Source of the DNA: Phycisphaera mikurensis NBRC 102666
GTDB lineage: Bacteria; Planctomycetota; Phycisphaerae; Phycisphaerales; Phycisphaeraceae
Direction of reading: 5' to 3'
Assembly (NCBI RefSeq): GCF_000284115.1
Contig: NC_017080.1
Coordinates: forward strand, 1,380,001-1,412,000
DNA: 32,000 nucleotides
A model generated the notes under the pieces. That model had not been told where the DNA came from. It worked only from the letters and a program-made list of their open reading frames with translations, and did no database searches. A program made the translations under genes and the position numbers. Position 1 is the first letter of the stretch. Each line of letters starts with the position of its first letter. This document shows, piece by piece, positions 29,699-32,000 of this stretch.

Positions 29699-29725
29699 AT
29701 CCCGGCGGGGGCCCGCCGGGGGCGG
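29699..29725. other. GC-rich palindromic hairpin CCCGGCGGG-GG-CCCGCCGGG
   Basis: Perfect 9-bp arms in the intergenic space after the Mrp gene (coordinates approximate to a few nt). Confidence 0.4.
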
Positions 29726-30232
29726 GAGTCCGTGCATCCCCCCGGCCGGTACCCGTGACCGGTCTCCAGGAGCCACGCGGTGAACGCTTGGCGCCGGCTT
29801 CTGCGCGGGTTCCGGTTGGAGTGGGCGTTGTGGTGTGGGTCGGTGAGGAGCCGCGGCCTGCCGTGGGAGCACCCGCGTGTGGCCCGCTGGCTGCGGCGGC
29901 CGCACCGGTCGGGTGCGGTTGCGGCCTGCGCCGGTTTGGTGGTCCTGCTCGCCGGGGGCCTCGCGATCGGCTCGCGGGGCGGCGGCCGGGAGGCGCGGCC
30001 GGCCGCGTGGGGTCCCGCAGAGCCCGCGGGGCTCACGGTGCTCCGCTCGGCGGACGCGCCGGAGCGGGCGGGTGTGCCCCTCGCGGGCCGGCAGCTTCGG
30101 AGCGACGGTTCCGCTGCACAAGTGCGATTCCAGCGGCAGTGTGTGAACGGTGCGGAGGCTATAACGGTTTGCCGAAGGATGTTCTGGCCGAATGCCTCCG
30201 TGCGAAGTGCTTGTCGCGAACCAGGAAAGTCT

Positions 30233-31408
30233 ATGTCCATCGATCCAGTCTTTCTTCCCGCACGTCGTCTCGTCTTTACAGGCAGAGTGCTGTCATCAGT
30301 GACGATGTGTGCAACGCTTTTGTTCGTTTCACTCTGCTGCGTGTTCGCACGGGCCGAAACACCGCACAACGACCCGCTGGCTGCGGTTCAGGCGTACAGC
30401 AGAGCGGTCAATGGCATCGACTACGTGTTGGAGCAGAGAATGGTCCAGCGGAATGAGGGCCCGGAGCAGGCCGTCGATGAGCCGGGCGCAGAAGGCGAGC
30501 TCCCCATCGGGGCGGTCCCTCTCGTTCCCGTTGTGAGCGAGATGCTGGATCTGAAGGTGGCGGTGTCTCACCGGGACGGCGCAACGCGGATCCTGGAGCG
30601 GGAGGTGAAGATCCTTCAGGAGATGCCGGGCGGTGAAGTCTTCGACAACCACTACGGCGAGGACGTGCAGGGGACCGGCTACGTCGTGATGGTCGACGCG
30701 CCGGCCCGGGGTGAGGAGGTGATCTTCGGGCTTGGCAACGGCGTCGACCGCTTCGAGGGGGGGCTCATCCACGACGAGATCGATTGGGGCTACTTCAACG
30801 GGAGTCTCTACTTCAGGGGTCCGTACCCGCTGGCCATGGCTCGATTCGCGAGCAATGAACTTCTGGGACCCGCGTTCTGGGAGCGTTGCGAGGTGATTGC
30901 TCTGGAAGGGGGGCAATCCCTGTTCACCTGGAGCGAAGATTCGCTGCGACACCGGTGGGTTTTCAACACACGGGGACCGATCGGGCTCGTTTCCTACGAG
31001 GCAGAGACCACCGCGTTCGGCGACGAGGAGCTCACCGTGTTCCGGATGGACACACTGGAGTCGCAGGCGCGGGGAGCGTTCGACCTTCCGTCAACGGCGG
31101 TCGCGGTCACCTACTACGTGGATGTCGACGTCCCCGCAACCTTCCCCGCCTTCCGGGTGGACCTGCGGTACGAGATCGGGCCCGGCACGTTGCCCCGGCC
31201 GGGAAGCGTGGAGAGTCTGTACACCAGATGGCCTGCTCACGCCGTGGTGCAGGAGCGGCGGATCCAGCGGGAGATCGCTTTGGGTGGCGAGCCCGAGGTC
31301 CTGACCGATGAGCGGATTGCGGATTGCGTGGCCGAACAGCTGGCCGAGGAGGCGGAGGCCCGGGCGGCCGCGGAACGGATCCTCGAATCCGCGGAGGCGC
31401 CCCGGTGA
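30233..31408 (+). CDS. Putative secreted protein of unknown function
   Basis: Signal-peptide-like MSIDPVFLPARRLVFTGRVLSSVTMCATLLFVSLCCVFARAETPHND; the frame is open back to a GTG at 29780, so the true start is uncertain. Confidence 0.6.
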   Translation: MSIDPVFLPARRLVFTGRVLSSVTMCATLLFVSLCCVFARAETPHNDPLAAVQAYSRAVNGIDYVLEQRMVQRNEGPEQAVDEPGAEGELPIGAVPLVPVVSEMLDLKVAVSHRDGATRILEREVKILQEMPGGEVFDNHYGEDVQGTGYVVMVDAPARGEEVIFGLGNGVDRFEGGLIHDEIDWGYFNGSLYFRGPYPLAMARFASNELLGPAFWERCEVIALEGGQSLFTWSEDSLRHRWVFNTRGPIGLVSYEAETTAFGDEELTVFRMDTLESQARGAFDLPSTAVAVTYYVDVDVPATFPAFRVDLRYEIGPGTLPRPGSVESLYTRWPAHAVVQERRIQREIALGGEPEVLTDERIADCVAEQLAEEAEARAAAERILESAEAPR

Positions 31409-31716
31409 TTGTCCCCGACGATTCCCATGGTTCGGGTGAGGCGGTGGTGGCTCGGCGATCCCCGCTGGCGCGGGGAGGGCTGCTCGCGGTCGCTGCCGTT
31501 TTCGGGGCGTCCGCGTGGTGGAAGGCCCTGCCGGGGGGCCTGCGTGAAGAAGCATCGGCACCGACGCTCTTCGAGAGCTTCGCTGCCTGGGCCGGGCAGG
31601 CGGCCTGGTGGGTGGTCGCCGCGGAGGCCGCTCTGGCGGTGTTCCTGTGCGTCGGCGCCTTCCAGCCCCGCCTGCGGCAGCCGTCCGTCGCGCGCGGCGC
31701 TGCCACGACTGGTTGA
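31405..31716 (+). CDS. Short MauE/DoxX-like membrane protein (N-terminal half only)
   Basis: GTG overlaps the preceding TGA; ARGGLLAVAAVFGASAWWKALPG…FESFAAWAGQAAWWVVAAEAALAVFLCVGAFQPRLR. Confidence 0.5.
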   Translation: MIVPDDSHGSGEAVVARRSPLARGGLLAVAAVFGASAWWKALPGGLREEASAPTLFESFAAWAGQAAWWVVAAEAALAVFLCVGAFQPRLRQPSVARGAATTG

Positions 31717-31729
31717 GGAGTCTGGCGCC

Positions 31730-32000
31730 ATGAAGCTGTTCTCCGCCGCACGCGCGGCGTCGTCCTGCGCGGCGGTGTGCCGCGGGTGCGGCCCGCGGGC
31801 CGCGGAGCCCCCGGGTTCCGAAACGACGCCTCCGCCCGCCGCGGCGTCCCGGAGCGACGCACCGGGCCCGCGGCAGGACGACGACCCACCCCCGTGGGTC
31901 CGCTTCCACGACTTCCACGACGAACCGGGTTGGTCGGAGCGCCTCGGCGGCGGCGGATACCTCCCCGTGCCCGACCCCGCGGCCCCGGGCGGGGCGGTCT
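31730..32000 (+). CDS. Partial CDS running off the right edge, Cys-containing N-terminus
   Basis: MKLFSAARAASSCAAVCRGCGPRAAEPPGSETTPPPA…WVRFHDFHDEPGWSERLGGGGYLPVPDPAAPGGAV… open to the window end; absent from the track. Confidence 0.45.
   Translation, partial: MKLFSAARAASSCAAVCRGCGPRAAEPPGSETTPPPAAASRSDAPGPRQDDDPPPWVRFHDFHDEPGWSERLGGGGYLPVPDPAAPGGAV

Noticed and set aside
27365-30121. 918-aa - or + strand type long ORFs over the DUF2071/Mrp region
   Set aside because: Compositional shadows with no recognisable motif; the real genes in this interval have clear family signatures.

Overview
High-GC window that looks like a planctomycete of the Phycisphaerae type (PEP-CTERM protein, pseudopilin with an H-X-DG-like tail, aminofutalosine menaquinone enzyme); the taxonomic call is inference. 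About 26 protein genes are supportable. Most are housekeeping or metabolic: pdeM-like phosphoesterase, mqnE, xylA, queC/queF (divergent from one CATG), a T2SS-type secretin with pseudopilin and secreted serine protease, rpmA-obgE-coaX, a short MnmE-like GTPase, floA, an isochorismatase-family hydrolase, an arabinofuranosidase-like glycoside hydrolase, yraN, pdxA, DUF3140-like, YqaE/Pmp3-like, an MBL hydrolase, an M48-like membrane protein, a DUF2071-like protein and an Mrp/NBP35 ATPase. I see no CRISPR array, rRNA, convincing tRNA, transposon or classical defence locus. The most interesting items are: (1) a 376-aa protein divergent from floA with a degenerate-P-loop kinase-like N-terminus and a nucleoside 2-deoxyribosyltransferase-like C-terminus; (2) an M48-like membrane protein whose zinc ligands appear lost, with a 6x9-bp in-frame coding repeat; (3) a short MnmE-like GTPase lacking the C-terminal CxGK motif; (4) two similar intergenic polypurine/(CT)n/polypyrimidine octamer-repeat elements upstream of two unrelated minus-strand genes; (5) a lower-GC stretch at the right end with an unusual secreted-protein / half MauE-DoxX-like / Cys-containing ORF series. 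Most long opposite-strand ORFs in the track are GC-driven shadows.
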